This document shows, one piece after another, positions 18,693-29,658 of a DNA stretch of 43,298 nucleotides. A program made the position numbers and the translations under genes. The stretch covers positions 1 to 43,298 of the forward strand of contig JADLDQ010000167.1 in assembly GCA_020846575.1 (NCBI GenBank). Reading direction: 5' to 3'. How positions within the stretch are numbered: the first letter of the stretch is position 1; each line of letters begins with the position of its first letter. This DNA is from Burkholderiales bacterium. GTDB taxonomy: Bacteria > Pseudomonadota > Gammaproteobacteria > Burkholderiales > SG8-39. Under the pieces are notes generated by a model. It was not told where the DNA came from, did no database searches, and was given only the letters and a program-made list of their open reading frames with translations.

Positions 18693-20495
18693 ATGGATGC
18701 ACGCGTCAAGGAAATCCCCCTCGACCCGGTCACGCTGGAAGTGATCCGCAATGCCCTGCCGGCGATCTCCAACGAGATGGCGATCGACCTGCAGCGCACT
18801 TCCTACAACATGATCATCTACGAGGTACGGGATTTCTGCACTGCGCTGGTGAGGCCCAACGGTGAATTGGTGTCGCAGAACGTGGGGGGCGTGTCGCACT
18901 TCATCGCCGACCTGGGCGTGATGATCACCGACGCGATGCGGCGCTACGACAAGGAGGGCTTCCAGCCGGGCGATGTGCTGATCAGCAACCACCAGCGGGT
19001 GGCCGGGCAGCACCTCAACAACGTCTGCATCCACATGCCCTACTTCCACGAGGGCGAGCTGCTGATGTTCGCCATCGTGCGCGCGCACTGGATCGACGTG
19101 GGCGGCACCAGCACCGGGTTCGGCGCCGGGCTCACGGTCGCCGATCCCTGGCTGGAGGGCTTGCAGCTCGACCAGCTGAAGCTCTACCGCGGCGGCGTGC
19201 TCGACCAGACCCTGTACCGCGTGATCCGCGACAACATCCGCTACCCGGAATCGTCGCTGGGCGACATGAAGTCGCAGATGGCGGCCTGCCGCCTGGCGCT
19301 GCGGCGGCTGGACGAGCTGTTCGGCAAGTACGGGCGCGACACCGTGCTCGCGGCGATCGAGCGCATCTTCGCGCAGACCGAGCGCAAGTGCCGCAACGTG
19401 GTGGCGAGCTTCCCGGACGGGGTATACGAGGCCGAGTCGGTGCTGGACGACGACGGCCTCGCCCAGGGCGAGCCGGTGCGCTTGCACGCCAGGGTCAGCG
19501 TGCGCGGGGGCGAGATGAGCATCGACATGTCCGGCTGCTCCGGGGAACGCCGCTCGGCGATGAACTCGCGCACGCTCGCCGCGCCGCGCATCGCCTACAA
19601 GGCGCTCACCGCGCCCAACGAGCCGGTCAACGAAGGCTCGTTCCGCGCGCTCCAGTGCATCATCCCCGAAGGCAATATCATGATGGCGCGCTACCCGGCA
19701 CCGATGGCGCACTGGAGCGTGGTGCTGCCGATGGTGGTGGACACCATCGTCGCGGCGCTCGCGCGCGCCATCCCGGAGCGGGTGCCCGCGGCCCATTTCG
19801 GGCTGATGGGCAATAACGGCGTGTTCTTCGGCATGGACCCGAACACCCGGCGCCGCTTCGTGATCAGCGCCTCGGGCGGCGGCGGCTGGGGCGGGCGTCC
19901 CTTCGAAGACGGCGAATCCGCCACCTGCACCGTGTGCCAGGGAGACGTGCGCAATGCCTCGATCGAGGAGCTGGAGATGAAGAGCCCGGTGCTCGTGCGC
20001 ACCCGGGGTCTGCGCGCCGACTCCGGCGGTCCGGGCAGGTTCCGCGGCGGCCTGGGCAGCACCATGCAGGTGCGCAACCTGGCCGAGGGCCGCTGGAACA
20101 TGGAACGCCAGCGCCGGCAGCACTGCCCGCCCTGGGGCGTGGGCGGCGGCCTGCCGGGGCAGGCGGGCATGAAGATGCTGAAGCTTCCCGGGGAACCGGA
20201 ATTCAAGGACGTCGATCTCTCGCGGCACCTGGTGCCGGCGGGCAGCGAGGTGCTGATTCACGCTGGCAGCGGCGGCGGCTGGGGCGACCCGCTCGCGCGC
20301 GATCCCGAGCGGGTACGCTGGGACGTGATCGAGGGACTGGTTTCGGAGCAGTCCGCGCACCGGGACTACGGGGTGGTATTCGGCGAGAACCGGGCGCTCG
20401 ACCCGCAAGCGACGGCGGCGCTGCGCAGCCGGCTCGCGGCGCATCGGTCCTCGCCCAGCGCCGCCCGGCGCCGTGAAACGCAAGTGCGTCAATGA
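18693..20495 (+). CDS. Hydantoinase B/oxoprolinase family protein (HyuB-like)
   Basis: About 600 aa: 'MDARVKEIPLDPVTLEVIRNALPAISNEMAIDLQRTSYNMIIYEVRDFCTALV...GGVSHF...GDVLISNH...GQHLNNV'. Confidence 0.85.
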   Translation: MDARVKEIPLDPVTLEVIRNALPAISNEMAIDLQRTSYNMIIYEVRDFCTALVRPNGELVSQNVGGVSHFIADLGVMITDAMRRYDKEGFQPGDVLISNHQRVAGQHLNNVCIHMPYFHEGELLMFAIVRAHWIDVGGTSTGFGAGLTVADPWLEGLQLDQLKLYRGGVLDQTLYRVIRDNIRYPESSLGDMKSQMAACRLALRRLDELFGKYGRDTVLAAIERIFAQTERKCRNVVASFPDGVYEAESVLDDDGLAQGEPVRLHARVSVRGGEMSIDMSGCSGERRSAMNSRTLAAPRIAYKALTAPNEPVNEGSFRALQCIIPEGNIMMARYPAPMAHWSVVLPMVVDTIVAALARAIPERVPAAHFGLMGNNGVFFGMDPNTRRRFVISASGGGGWGGRPFEDGESATCTVCQGDVRNASIEELEMKSPVLVRTRGLRADSGGPGRFRGGLGSTMQVRNLAEGRWNMERQRRQHCPPWGVGGGLPGQAGMKMLKLPGEPEFKDVDLSRHLVPAGSEVLIHAGSGGGWGDPLARDPERVRWDVIEGLVSEQSAHRDYGVVFGENRALDPQATAALRSRLAAHRSSPSAARRRETQVRQ

Positions 20496-20508
20496 CCAGA
20501 CAGGAACG

Positions 20509-21612
20509 ATGATGGACAAGGAAAAGCCGCCGTTGCGCGCCGATGTGGTCGGCAGCCTGCTGCGGCCGCGGCGACTGCTGGAGGCGCGCGAGAAGGCCGC
20601 GCGCGGAGAACTGGCCGCCGCGGCGCTGCGCGCGGTCGAGGACGAATGCATCCGCGAGGCGGTGGCGCGCCAGGAATCGGTCGGGCTGCAGGTCGCGACC
20701 GACGGCGAGTTCAGGCGCACCTGGTGGAACCACGACTTCATGGGGCGCCTGGGCGGCGTCGAGGTGGTCGAGGATCCGGACGCGCTGCGCTTCGTCGGCA
20801 CCAGCGAGACGCGCCTGGTATCGCGGGTTCGCGCCCGCGTCCACCACGCCGGGCCGATCGCGGTGGGAGACTTCGCCTACCTGCGCTCGGTGGCGAGGGT
20901 CACGCCCAAGCAGTGCATCCCGGCGCCCGCAATGCTGTACTACCGCGGCGGGCGCGCGCGGATCGACCAGGAGGTCTACCCGGATCTGGACCGGTTCTGG
21001 ATCGACGTGGCAAGCGCCTACGCCGAGGAGATCCGCCTGCTCCACGCCGCCGGCTGCGATTATCTGCAGATCGACGACACCAGCCACGCGTTCCTGTGCG
21101 ACGAGCGCTTCCGCGAATCCTGCCGCAGGCGCGGCGACGATCCGGAGCGCCTGCCGGAGGTGCTCGCCGAGGCGCTGAACCTCGCCATCGCCGGGCGTCC
21201 CGAAGGCATGAGCGTGGTGATGCACACCTGCCGCGGCAACTGGAAAAGCAGCTGGATGGCCGAAGGCGGCTACGGCCCGGTGGCCGAGGCGGTGTTCGGT
21301 CGCACCCGGGTCGACGCTTACTTTCTCGAGTACGACACCGAGCGCGCCGGCGGGTTCGAGCCGCTGCGCTTCGTGCCCAGGGGCAGGAAGGTGGTGCTGG
21401 GACTGGTGACCACCAAGACGCCCCGGCTGGAGACCAAGGACGAGCTCAGGCGCCGTATCGACGAGGCCGCGAGGTACGTGCCGCTGGAGGACCTGTGCAT
21501 CAGCCCGCAGTGCGGCTTCGCCAGCAGCGTCCACGGCAACGCGCTGAGCGAGGACGACCAGTGGCGCAAGCTCGAGCGGGTCGTGGAGGTGGCGCGCGCG
21601 GTGTGGGGCTGA
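20509..21612 (+). CDS. Cobalamin-independent methionine synthase II family protein (MetE C-terminal-like Zn-dependent methyltransferase)
   Basis: 'LRADVVGSLLRP..L..ARE' N-terminus, 'GLQVATDGEFRR', and putative Zn ligands in 'VVMHTCRGNW' and 'ISPQCGFAS'. Confidence 0.75.
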   Translation: MMDKEKPPLRADVVGSLLRPRRLLEAREKAARGELAAAALRAVEDECIREAVARQESVGLQVATDGEFRRTWWNHDFMGRLGGVEVVEDPDALRFVGTSETRLVSRVRARVHHAGPIAVGDFAYLRSVARVTPKQCIPAPAMLYYRGGRARIDQEVYPDLDRFWIDVASAYAEEIRLLHAAGCDYLQIDDTSHAFLCDERFRESCRRRGDDPERLPEVLAEALNLAIAGRPEGMSVVMHTCRGNWKSSWMAEGGYGPVAEAVFGRTRVDAYFLEYDTERAGGFEPLRFVPRGRKVVLGLVTTKTPRLETKDELRRRIDEAARYVPLEDLCISPQCGFASSVHGNALSEDDQWRKLERVVEVARAVWG

Positions 21613-21761
21613 GTGCTTTGCGGGTGCGCGGGTGGCGCGGGCGGCGCGGGCGTGGCCCCGGCACGCGGATCGCGGGCGCCCGGCATCGGGGCATTCGCGG
21701 CTTCAGCCGTTGCTTGCATAATGGAAGCTGCGAGCCGCCATCGGTCATCCGGAGCAGTCCC

Positions 21762-22730
21762 ATGCACAGGGTCGCGATCGCCGCAACACTCTGCATCGTC
21801 CTGGCGCCGCCCGCGGCCCTCTCCCAGGCCTGGCCGGCCAGGACGGTGCGCATCGTCGTACCGCACCCGCCGGGCGGCCCGGGCGACGTGCCGCCGCGCG
21901 GCTTCGCCCAGTCGCTCAGCCAGAGCCTGGGGCAGCCGTTCATCGTGGAGAACCGCGAAGGCGCGGACGGACTGATCGGCGTCGAGGCGGTGCGCAAGTC
22001 GGCGCCGGACGGCTATACGTTCATCGCCACCAGCGCCGGGACCATGATCGTCAATCCATCCATGCGCAGGAACCCGCCCTACGACGTGTTCAAGTTCACG
22101 CCCATCGTGCACACCGGCACGCTGCAGCAGCTCATCCTTGCCGCCTTGAAGGCGCCCGGCCATACGCTGCAGGAACTGTTCGCCGCGGCGAAGGCGAAGC
22201 CCGAAGCGATCACCGTCGGCACCTTCGGCTCGATCAACCTGGCGAGCCTGTTCGTCGATTGGTCCAAGGCGAACGGCATGCGCTTTTACCCCGTCCCCTA
22301 CAAGAGCGCGAGCCAGGGTCTGCTCGCGATCCAGGCGGGCCAGGTGGACATCGTGACCTTCGCGGCCGGACCGGGGTCCAGGCTGGTGCAGGCGGGCAAG
22401 TTGAAGGCGCTGGCGATTTCGCCGCGACGCAACGACAGACTCCTGCCGGGCGTGCCCTCGCTGCGCGAGGCGGGTGCGAGCTTCGATTTCACCACCTGGT
22501 GGGGCTGGTTCGCTCCGGCGGGCATCGAGCGCGGCATCGTCGCGCGCTTGAACGGCGAGGTCGCGAAGCTGATCGCCGATCCCGGCTTCAATGCCAAGTT
22601 CCTCGCCTCGCAGGGCCTGGACACCGGCGTGAACGCGGGTGAATCGCCCGAGGCCTTCGACAGCTTCATCCGCAGGGAACTCTCGGAGTTCCAGGACCTG
22701 ATGAGGCTGGTGGGGATCAAGCCCCAGTAA
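21762..22730 (+). CDS. Bug-family (TctC-like) substrate-binding protein
   Basis: 'MHRVAIAATLCIVLAPPAALSQAWPARTVRIVVPHPPGGPGD...GQPFIVENREGADG...APDGYT', with a GGAG RBS. Confidence 0.9.
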   Translation: MHRVAIAATLCIVLAPPAALSQAWPARTVRIVVPHPPGGPGDVPPRGFAQSLSQSLGQPFIVENREGADGLIGVEAVRKSAPDGYTFIATSAGTMIVNPSMRRNPPYDVFKFTPIVHTGTLQQLILAALKAPGHTLQELFAAAKAKPEAITVGTFGSINLASLFVDWSKANGMRFYPVPYKSASQGLLAIQAGQVDIVTFAAGPGSRLVQAGKLKALAISPRRNDRLLPGVPSLREAGASFDFTTWWGWFAPAGIERGIVARLNGEVAKLIADPGFNAKFLASQGLDTGVNAGESPEAFDSFIRRELSEFQDLMRLVGIKPQ

Positions 22731-22760
22731 TCCCGACCACCCGCGCCGCGTCCGATACCC

Positions 22761-23108
22761 ATGCTGAGCGAAGCGACCCTTGCACGGCTGCTCGAATTCC
22801 GCGAGCAGCGCGACTGGCGGCAGTTTCATACCTTCCGCAATCTCGCGGTGTCGCTGTCGCTGGAGGCCGCGGAGCTGCTGGAATTCACCCAGTGGGTGCC
22901 GGAGGCGCAGATGGAACGCGTGGTCGCCGCGCGCAAGGCCGAGATCGCCGCGGAGATCGCCGACATCGCGATCTACTTGCAGTTCCTCGCCCACGATCTC
23001 GGGCTCGACCTGGAGCGTTGTGTGCGCGACAAGCTCGCGGTGAACGAGGCGCGCTACCCGGTCGACAAGGCGAGGGGCCGCTCCACCAAGTACGACCGCC
23101 TGGACTGA
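22761..23108 (+). CDS. Small MazG-like nucleotide pyrophosphohydrolase (all-alpha NTP-PPase)
   Basis: 115 aa: 'LLEFREQRDWRQFHTFRNLAVSLSLEAAELLEFTQW...EIAAEIADIAIYLQFLAHDLGLDL...KLAVNEARYP', showing the EExxE...D pattern of MazG-type dimeric NTP-PPases. Confidence 0.75.
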   Translation: MLSEATLARLLEFREQRDWRQFHTFRNLAVSLSLEAAELLEFTQWVPEAQMERVVAARKAEIAAEIADIAIYLQFLAHDLGLDLERCVRDKLAVNEARYPVDKARGRSTKYDRLD

Positions 23109-23109
23109 A

Positions 23110-23136
23110 CGAGGCGCTTGAGACGCCGGCGCCTCG
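23110..23136. terminator. Stem-loop between convergent genes (8-bp stem CGAGGCGC/GCGCCTCG, 11-nt loop) with no U-tract
   Basis: Inverted repeat read directly from the sequence, 2 nt after the MazG-like stop. Confidence 0.3.
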
Positions 23137-23163
23137 CCCCCGGCCCCGTGCCGAGCCCTGCGG

Positions 23164-24159
23164 CTAGCGGCAGCGCATCGCCGGCCGGTAGGTCTGGTTG
23201 AGGGTCGTGCCGCTGTTGCCGCCGTTGCCGATGCCGCCGCCGGTGACCCAGATCATGCCCGCGAGGAAGGCCGCGCCGGTGACGCCGTGCACCGGGATCG
23301 GCATGTCGGGCAGCTTCACCCAGCGCCCGGCGCCCGGGTCGTATACGTCGTGGTCCGGGAACATGCCGTCGCGGTGCTCGCCGCCCCACACGTGGAAGCA
23401 GCCCTCGGCCATGACGCCGTTCATGCCGCTGCGACCCTTGAGCATCGGCGCCGCCGCCGTCCAGCGCCGCGCCTTCGGATCGAATGCCTCGAAAGCGGTG
23501 GTCTTCTCGCTCATGAAGCCGCCCTGCAACCGGCCGCCGGCGACGTGGATCCTGCCGTCGATCACCGCGCCGGCGACGTGGTTGCGCTGGGTCGGCAGGT
23601 CCGGCAGCGTCTCCCATCGGTCGGAACTCGGGTCGTACACCGCGAAGTCGTGGCCGCGCGGCGGTCGGCCCCCGGCCACGTAGATCTTGCCCTCGTACAC
23701 CAGCGCCACCCCGGCGCTGCGCGCGCTCGGCATCGGCGTCTTCTCGATCCAGCGCCCGGCGCGCGGGTCCAGTGCATAGACGGTACTCACGTAGGCGGCG
23801 TTCGGATCGGTCTGCCCGCCGATCAAGTAGATGATCCCGCCTGCGGTGGCCGCCATGCCGTGGTTGTTCGGCCGGGGCAGCGGCGGGCCGAACCGCCAGG
23901 TATCGGTCCCGATATCGTAGATCTGCACGGTGCGCACCGTGACCCGGCCCTTCGGATAGCCGCCCAGCACGTAGAGCTTTCCGTCCAGGGCGGTCAGGGT
24001 GAATTCGGAGTTGGGTTCGAGCATGTCGGCGCGCCGGCCCCATTCGCCCGCGGCGAGCACCTGGGCGCAGGCGAGTCCGGGCGCGAGCAGCAGCAGGGCG
24101 AGGGCCCGCAGGCCTGCCGTGAAGCCCGGTGCGATGCGCGTGCCGGCAGCGGTGTTCAT
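23164..24159 (-). CDS. Secreted Kelch-repeat beta-propeller protein
   Basis: Signal peptide 'LRALALLLLAPGLACAQ'. Repeated 'G(K/G/R)(L/I)Y(V/L)xGG ... (Y/F)DP..(D/G)(T/R)W' units, for example 'GKLYVLGG', 'GIIYLIGG', 'GKIYVAGG' and 'GRIHVAGG'. Start at 24159 with a GGGAGAG RBS. Confidence 0.8.
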   Translation of the reverse strand: MNTAAGTRIAPGFTAGLRALALLLLAPGLACAQVLAAGEWGRRADMLEPNSEFTLTALDGKLYVLGGYPKGRVTVRTVQIYDIGTDTWRFGPPLPRPNNHGMAATAGGIIYLIGGQTDPNAAYVSTVYALDPRAGRWIEKTPMPSARSAGVALVYEGKIYVAGGRPPRGHDFAVYDPSSDRWETLPDLPTQRNHVAGAVIDGRIHVAGGRLQGGFMSEKTTAFEAFDPKARRWTAAAPMLKGRSGMNGVMAEGCFHVWGGEHRDGMFPDHDVYDPGAGRWVKLPDMPIPVHGVTGAAFLAGMIWVTGGGIGNGGNSGTTLNQTYRPAMRCR

Positions 24160-24357
24160 GGGCTCTCCCTGATGTCCGGTCCGAGTCCGCGCGTGCCTTG
24201 CGAAGTCCCGCGCGCTGCCTTGCGGTCCGGCCGGGAACGCGACCGGCGCCTGTTCATCGCCGGACCTCGGGCGGCGACGGCATCCACGGGCTGATGCCAG
24301 TATATCCAAGCATCGCTGTAAGCAGCGCCAGCCGCGGGCAGCGCGCCGCACCTCGCT

Positions 24358-25638
24358 TCAAGCGGCTGCCGGCGCCGGCCTGCGCCCGCCGCGCTGGATC
24401 GCGAGCACCGCCAGGGCCGCCACCGCGCACGCGAGTCCGGCGACGAGGAACGCCCCCGTATAGGCGCCGAAGGCGTTGCGCACGGCGCCCCCGCCGAAGG
24501 CGGCGATGCCGGCGCCGAGCTGGTGGCACATGAAGATCCAGCCGAACACGACCGCCGCGTCGCGCCGCCCGAAGACGTCGGTGGTGATGCGCAGTGTCGG
24601 CGGCACGGTCGCGATCCAGTCCAGCCCATAGAAGACCGCGAACAGGCCCAGCCCCCACCAGCTCAAGTCCGAGTAGGGCAGGTACAAGAGCGACAGCCCG
24701 CGCAGCCCGTAGTACCAGAACAGGAGCCACCTGCAGTCGTAGCGGTCCGAAAGCCAACCCGAGAGCGCGGTGCCGACGAGGTTGAACATACCCATCATCG
24801 CGAGGATGCCGGCCGCCCGCACCTCGGGCAGGCCGCCATCGAAGCAGAAGGCGATGAAGTGAGTGCCGATGAGGCCGTTGGTCGACAGGCCGCAGACGAA
24901 GAAAGTGCCGGCGAGGAGCCAGAAGTCGCGTGTCGGCAGCGCCCGTTGCAGCGAGCGCCAGGCGATGCCGACGGGATTGCCGCTCGCCATCTGCCCGGCT
25001 TCGATCTCGCCCGGCGCCGCGCCGTAGGAACGCAGGCCGAGGTCGCGCGGCCGCTCCACCATCAGCCAGGCGATGATCGGAACCAGGCAGGCCATGACGG
25101 CGGCGACCGTCCATGCGACCGCGCGCCAGCCGGCGGCCTCCGAGATCAGCGCGAGCAGCGGCAGGAACACCAGCTGGCCCATCGCGCTGGCCGCGGTCAG
25201 CAGGCCCATCACCAGGCCGCGCCGCTCGGTGAACCAGCGGTTGACCACCGTGGCCGCCAGCACCGTTGCGGCCAGGCCCGAGCCGATGCCGACCATCAGT
25301 CCCCAGGTCAGCATCAGGTGCCAGGGTTGAGTCATCTGCGTGCTCGCCCCGATGCCGATGGCGAGCAGGGCGAGCGCGGCGAGCACGGTGCGGCGGACCC
25401 CGAAGCGCAGCATCGTGGCGCCCGCGAACGGACCCATCGCCCCGAGCAGCACGAGGTGTACCGCGATGGCCGCGGAGATGGTGGCGCGGTCCCAGCCGAG
25501 CGAGTGCTCCAGCGGCACGATCAGCACGCCCGGCGCGGAGCGCACGCCCGCCGCGCACAGAAGCAGGACGAAGACCAGGCCGGCCACGATCCAGGCGTAG
25601 TGCAGGCGGCCGGACAGCGATCGGGCGAGGGCGTTCAT
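24358..25638 (-). CDS. MFS transporter
   Basis: About 426-aa polytopic protein starting 'MNALARSLSGRLHYAWIVAGLVFVLLL', with about 12 hydrophobic segments. The track ORF extends to 25692. Confidence 0.8.
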   Translation of the reverse strand: MNALARSLSGRLHYAWIVAGLVFVLLLCAAGVRSAPGVLIVPLEHSLGWDRATISAAIAVHLVLLGAMGPFAGATMLRFGVRRTVLAALALLAIGIGASTQMTQPWHLMLTWGLMVGIGSGLAATVLAATVVNRWFTERRGLVMGLLTAASAMGQLVFLPLLALISEAAGWRAVAWTVAAVMACLVPIIAWLMVERPRDLGLRSYGAAPGEIEAGQMASGNPVGIAWRSLQRALPTRDFWLLAGTFFVCGLSTNGLIGTHFIAFCFDGGLPEVRAAGILAMMGMFNLVGTALSGWLSDRYDCRWLLFWYYGLRGLSLLYLPYSDLSWWGLGLFAVFYGLDWIATVPPTLRITTDVFGRRDAAVVFGWIFMCHQLGAGIAAFGGGAVRNAFGAYTGAFLVAGLACAVAALAVLAIQRGGRRPAPAAA

Positions 25639-25874
25639 CGGGTCTTGTCTCGTGCGTGGAAGCGCCGAGTATCGCAGAAGGCCGCGAAGCATCGCACGTC
25701 GCGACTGACAGCCCCGGCGCGCTCGCGTAGACTACGCCGTCGCGCCGCCGGGCTCGGCCCGAAGGCGCGGTCGAATCCAGGGGAGCGCAAGCGCCGCCGG
25801 CGCCGCGTTCCCGCCCTCGAGGCGCGCAAAGCACGCTGTCTCGCGCCCTGACCCGATGTGCCGGAGGAAGATCC

Positions 25875-26677
<803 letters not shown>

Positions 26678-26681
<4 letters not shown>

Positions 26682-28996
26682 TGGCCGCGGCATTCAAGGG
26701 GCGGCGCGAGGACCGGCGCCTGGTCAGCGGCGGCGGCCGCTACACCGCCGACTGGAACCTGCCGGGACAGCTCCACGCGGCGTTCCTGCGCTCGGACCGG
26801 CCGCATGCCCGGATCGTCGCGATCGATGCGCAGGCGGCGCTCGCCGCGCCGGGCGTGGTGGCGGTGCTGACCGGCGAGGACACCCTGGCCGAAGGCATCC
26901 GGAACGCGCCGCCGATGCTCCCCTATCCGGGTCGCGGCGGACAGCCGATCAAGCTGCCGCCGCGCAGCGTACTCGCCACCGGGCGCGTCTCGCACATCGG
27001 CCAGGAAGTGGCGATGGTGGTGGCGACCACTGCGCTCGCCGCGGCCGATGCGGTGGAGAGGATCTCGATCGAATACAGCGACCTCCCCGCGGTCATCGAC
27101 GCGGAGGCGGCGCTCGCGCCGGGTGCGCCGCTGGCGCATCCCGAGGTGCCGGGGAACGTGTGCTTCGACTTCGACTACGGCGACGAGGCCAGGGTGAAGG
27201 AGATCTTCGCCGGCGCCGCGCGCATCACCCGGGTCAAACTCGACAGCCAGCGCATCTGCGGCGTGCCGATGGAGCCCAAGGCGTGCCTCGCGTCCTACGA
27301 CGCGCAGCAGGGCGTCTACGATTTCTGGTCGAGCACCCAGGGCATCACCATGATGCGCGGCAGCGTGGCGGGCTACGGGATAGCGCCGGACAAGGTGCGG
27401 CCGCGCGCCCAGGACGTGGGCGGGGGCTTCGGCATCCGCAGCGGTGCCTACCCCGAGTACATCGCCGTGATGATCGCCGCGAAGAAGACGGGCAGACCCG
27501 TGAAGTGGGTCGGCAGCCGCAGCGAGACCTTCGTCTCCGACCACCACGGCCGCGCGATCCGGCTCAGCGGCGAGCTGGCGATGGACGAGGACGGTCATTT
27601 CCTCGCGGCGCGTTACGAGTGGGTGTGCAACCAGGGCGCGTTCCCGTCGGGCCCCGGGCCGCTCATCAACACCGTCACGCCCAAGCTCACGCCCAACGGC
27701 GTGTACCGCATTCCGGCGGTGTACGGGCGCAACCGCCTGGTGCTCACCAACACCACGCCGATCACCGCCTACCGCGGCGCCGGCCGGCCCGACGCGGCCT
27801 ATCTGCTGGAGCGCCTGGTCGAGGAGGCGGCGCGCGAGAGCGGCATCGACCGGGTGGAGCTGCGGCGGCGCAACCTGATACCGAAGGACGCCTTTCCCTA
27901 CACCACGCCGACGCAGAGCGCCTACGACAGCGGCGACTACGAGGCGCTGCTCGATGAGGTGCTGGCGCGCTCCGACTGGGAGGGTTTCGAGGCGCGCCGC
28001 GCGGAGGCGCGAGCGCGCGGAAGACTGCGCGGCATCGGTTGCGCCGTGTTCCTGGAACCCGCCGGCGGGGCCGGACCGAAGGATCAGGCGATGCTCAAGT
28101 TCGGCAGCTCGGGCGAGATGACGCTCTACAGCGTGACCGGGCCTTCGGGGCAGGGTCACGAGACGGTGTTTCCGGAAGTGGTGGGCCGCGAGCTGGGCGT
28201 ACCTCCCGAACTCATCACGCTGCGGGCGAGCGACCCGGACGGTCCGCCGCTCGATGGATTCGGCACCGTGGGCTCGCGCTCCATGGGTGCGCACGGCGGC
28301 GCGGCGTTGCTCGCCGCGCGGGAAGTCGTCAGGAAGGGCCTGGAGCTGGCCGCGAAGGAGCTGGAGGTCGCGGCGCAGGACCTGGAGTTCGCCGGCGGGC
28401 GCTTCCGGGTGAAGGGCACGGATCGCTCCCTGGCGCTGGTGGAGCTTGCCCGCAGGCACGCCGGGAAAGGGGCGGTTCACCCGCTCGATGCCACCGCCGA
28501 CAACGCGGCGGGCGCCACCTTCCCGAGCGGCGCCCACGTGGCCGAAGTGGAGATCGATCCGCGCACCGGCGCGGTCGAGGTGGCGCGCTACACCGGTGTG
28601 GACGACTGTGGCGTGGTCGTCAACCACACCCTGGTGGAGGGGCAGGTCCAGGGCGGCATCGTACAGGGCGCGGGACAGGTGCTGGGCGAGCACTGCGTGT
28701 TCGACGAGGGCGGGCAACTGCTGACCGGCAGTTTCATGGACTACGCCATGCCGCACGCCGGCCTCATCGGCGAGCTGCGCCTGTACGACCACCCGGTACC
28801 CTCGCCGCGCAATCCGCTGGGGGTGAAGGGTGTGGGCGAGTCGGGTACCACCGGGTCGCTGCCCACGCTGATGAACGCGATCCTGGACGCGCTGCGTCCG
28901 GCCGGCGTGCGCCAGCTCGACATGCCGGCCACGCCAGCCCGCGTGTGGGCGGCGCTGCGCGCGGCGGCGGGCGCGCGCCAGCCGCCGCGCGGTTGA
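26678..28996 (+). CDS. Molybdopterin-binding large subunit of a xanthine dehydrogenase/CO dehydrogenase-family enzyme (form-II CoxL-like)
   Basis: 772 aa: '[19 protein letters not shown]', the active-site loop 'TAYRGAGRP', and '[15 protein letters not shown]'. Confidence 0.9.
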
Positions 28997-29052
28997 CGGG
29001 AATCGCAGGCAAGGCCAACGCTCTTCGAGGAACGCAAAGGTCCAGGATCGAG

Positions 29053-29508
29053 ATGACCGTCAACGGGAACAAGGTGTCGCACGAGGCGGAGGACCGCACG
29101 CTGCTGGTGGAGTTCCTGCGCGACACGCTGGGGCTCACCGGCACGCACGTGGGCTGCGACACCAGCCAGTGCGGCTGCTGCACCGTGCACGTGGACGGGC
29201 GGGCGGTGAAGTCCTGCACCATGCTGGTGGGGCAGGCGAACGGCGCCCAGGTTCGAACCATCGAAGGCATGGCCGAGGGCGAGCGGCTGCACCCGGTCCA
29301 GCAGGCCTTCACCGAGTGCCATGCGCTTCAGTGCGGATTCTGCACGCCCGGCATGATCATGGCGGTTGCGGGCCTGCTGCAGGACAACCCCTCGCCCAGC
29401 GACGAGGACATCATCCACGGGCTGGAAGGCAACCTGTGCCGCTGCACCGGCTACATCAACATCGTCAAGGCGGTGAAGCAGGCGAGCAAGACGATCGGCG
29501 GCGCGTGA
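29053..29508 (+). CDS. (2Fe-2S)-binding small subunit (CoxS-like)
   Basis: 151 aa: '[12 protein letters not shown]' and '[10 protein letters not shown]...GNLCRCTGY'. Confidence 0.9.
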   Translation: MTVNGNKVSHEAEDRTLLVEFLRDTLGLTGTHVGCDTSQCGCCTVHVDGRAVKSCTMLVGQANGAQVRTIEGMAEGERLHPVQQAFTECHALQCGFCTPGMIMAVAGLLQDNPSPSDEDIIHGLEGNLCRCTGYINIVKAVKQASKTIGGA

Positions 29509-29586
29509 AGCTCGCGCCGCCTGCTTCGGTGCCCCGACCCCGGTTCGCGTTCCGGTTTCCCTGCCGGCGGGGATCGGCCACGCCGC

Positions 29587-29635
29587 CCGGCCGTGGCGCC
29601 GGCCGGCCTGGCTGCCCGGCCGTGACGCCGGCCGG
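29587..29635. repeat. Two tandem GC-rich stem-loops (CCGGCCG-N6-CGGCCGG) 29 nt apart, REP-like or terminator-like, between convergent genes
   Basis: The direct repeat 'CCCGGCCGTG(G/A)CGCCGGCCGGC' occurs twice. Each copy is internally palindromic. Confidence 0.5.
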
Positions 29636-29658
29636 CTTCGCTTCGTGGAGGCGAACGA

